The notes under the pieces were generated by a model. That model was not told where the DNA came from. It saw only the letters and a program-made list of their open reading frames with translations, and did no database searches. This document shows, in pieces, positions 63,974-64,000 of a stretch of DNA of 64,000 nt (its first letter is position 1; each line of letters opens with the position of its first letter). The position numbers and the translations under genes were made by a program. Origin of the DNA: Balanoglossus misakiensis (Eukaryota > Animalia > Hemichordata); contig CM082593.2 in the NCBI GenBank assembly GCA_040954595.2, forward strand, positions 9,185,200 to 9,249,199, given 5' to 3'.

Positions 63974-64000
63974 TCTCTTTATCTCAACCTCGGCAGCTTT

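Larger units (their letters stand above)
57445..64000 (-). mobile_element. Ty3/Gypsy LTR retrotransposon (5' LTR lies beyond the window)
   Basis: gag, then pol in PR-RT-RH-IN order, then a PPT and a 3' LTR. It interrupts a satellite monomer after attctttg. Confidence 0.98.

Overview
This is AT-rich eukaryotic DNA, most likely from a marine invertebrate (inferred from the repeat types, GT-AG introns and the Gypsy element), and it is dominated by repeats. I found no intact host gene, rRNA, true tRNA or CRISPR array. (1) 1-6726: a near-identical 4086-bp tandem duplication carrying a dead cbEGF exon and a LINE fragment. (2) 9090-14015: three phase-0 exons forming the decayed 3' end of a Gln-rich protein gene, among several MITEs. 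(3) 19344-37358: a ~9-kb tandem segmental duplication. (4) About 22.3-45.5 kb: a mosaic array of 5'-truncated copies of a Helentron-type non-autonomous element (an apparently complete relative sits at 45612-46999), interleaved with five copies of an exon-bearing cassette. (5) 49567-57444: a satellite of 175-194-bp monomers in a 947-bp five-monomer higher-order repeat, starting right after a tRNA-type A/B box. (6) 57445-64000: an intact-looking Ty3/Gypsy retrotransposon (minus strand) inserted in the satellite, with a UUUAAAC slippery site plus a predicted pseudoknot between gag and pol. The most unusual item is a family of 'double inverted-repeat' insertions. They have filled and empty sites inside the window, no classical TSD, and a central junction that is close to the reverse complement of their joined ends.
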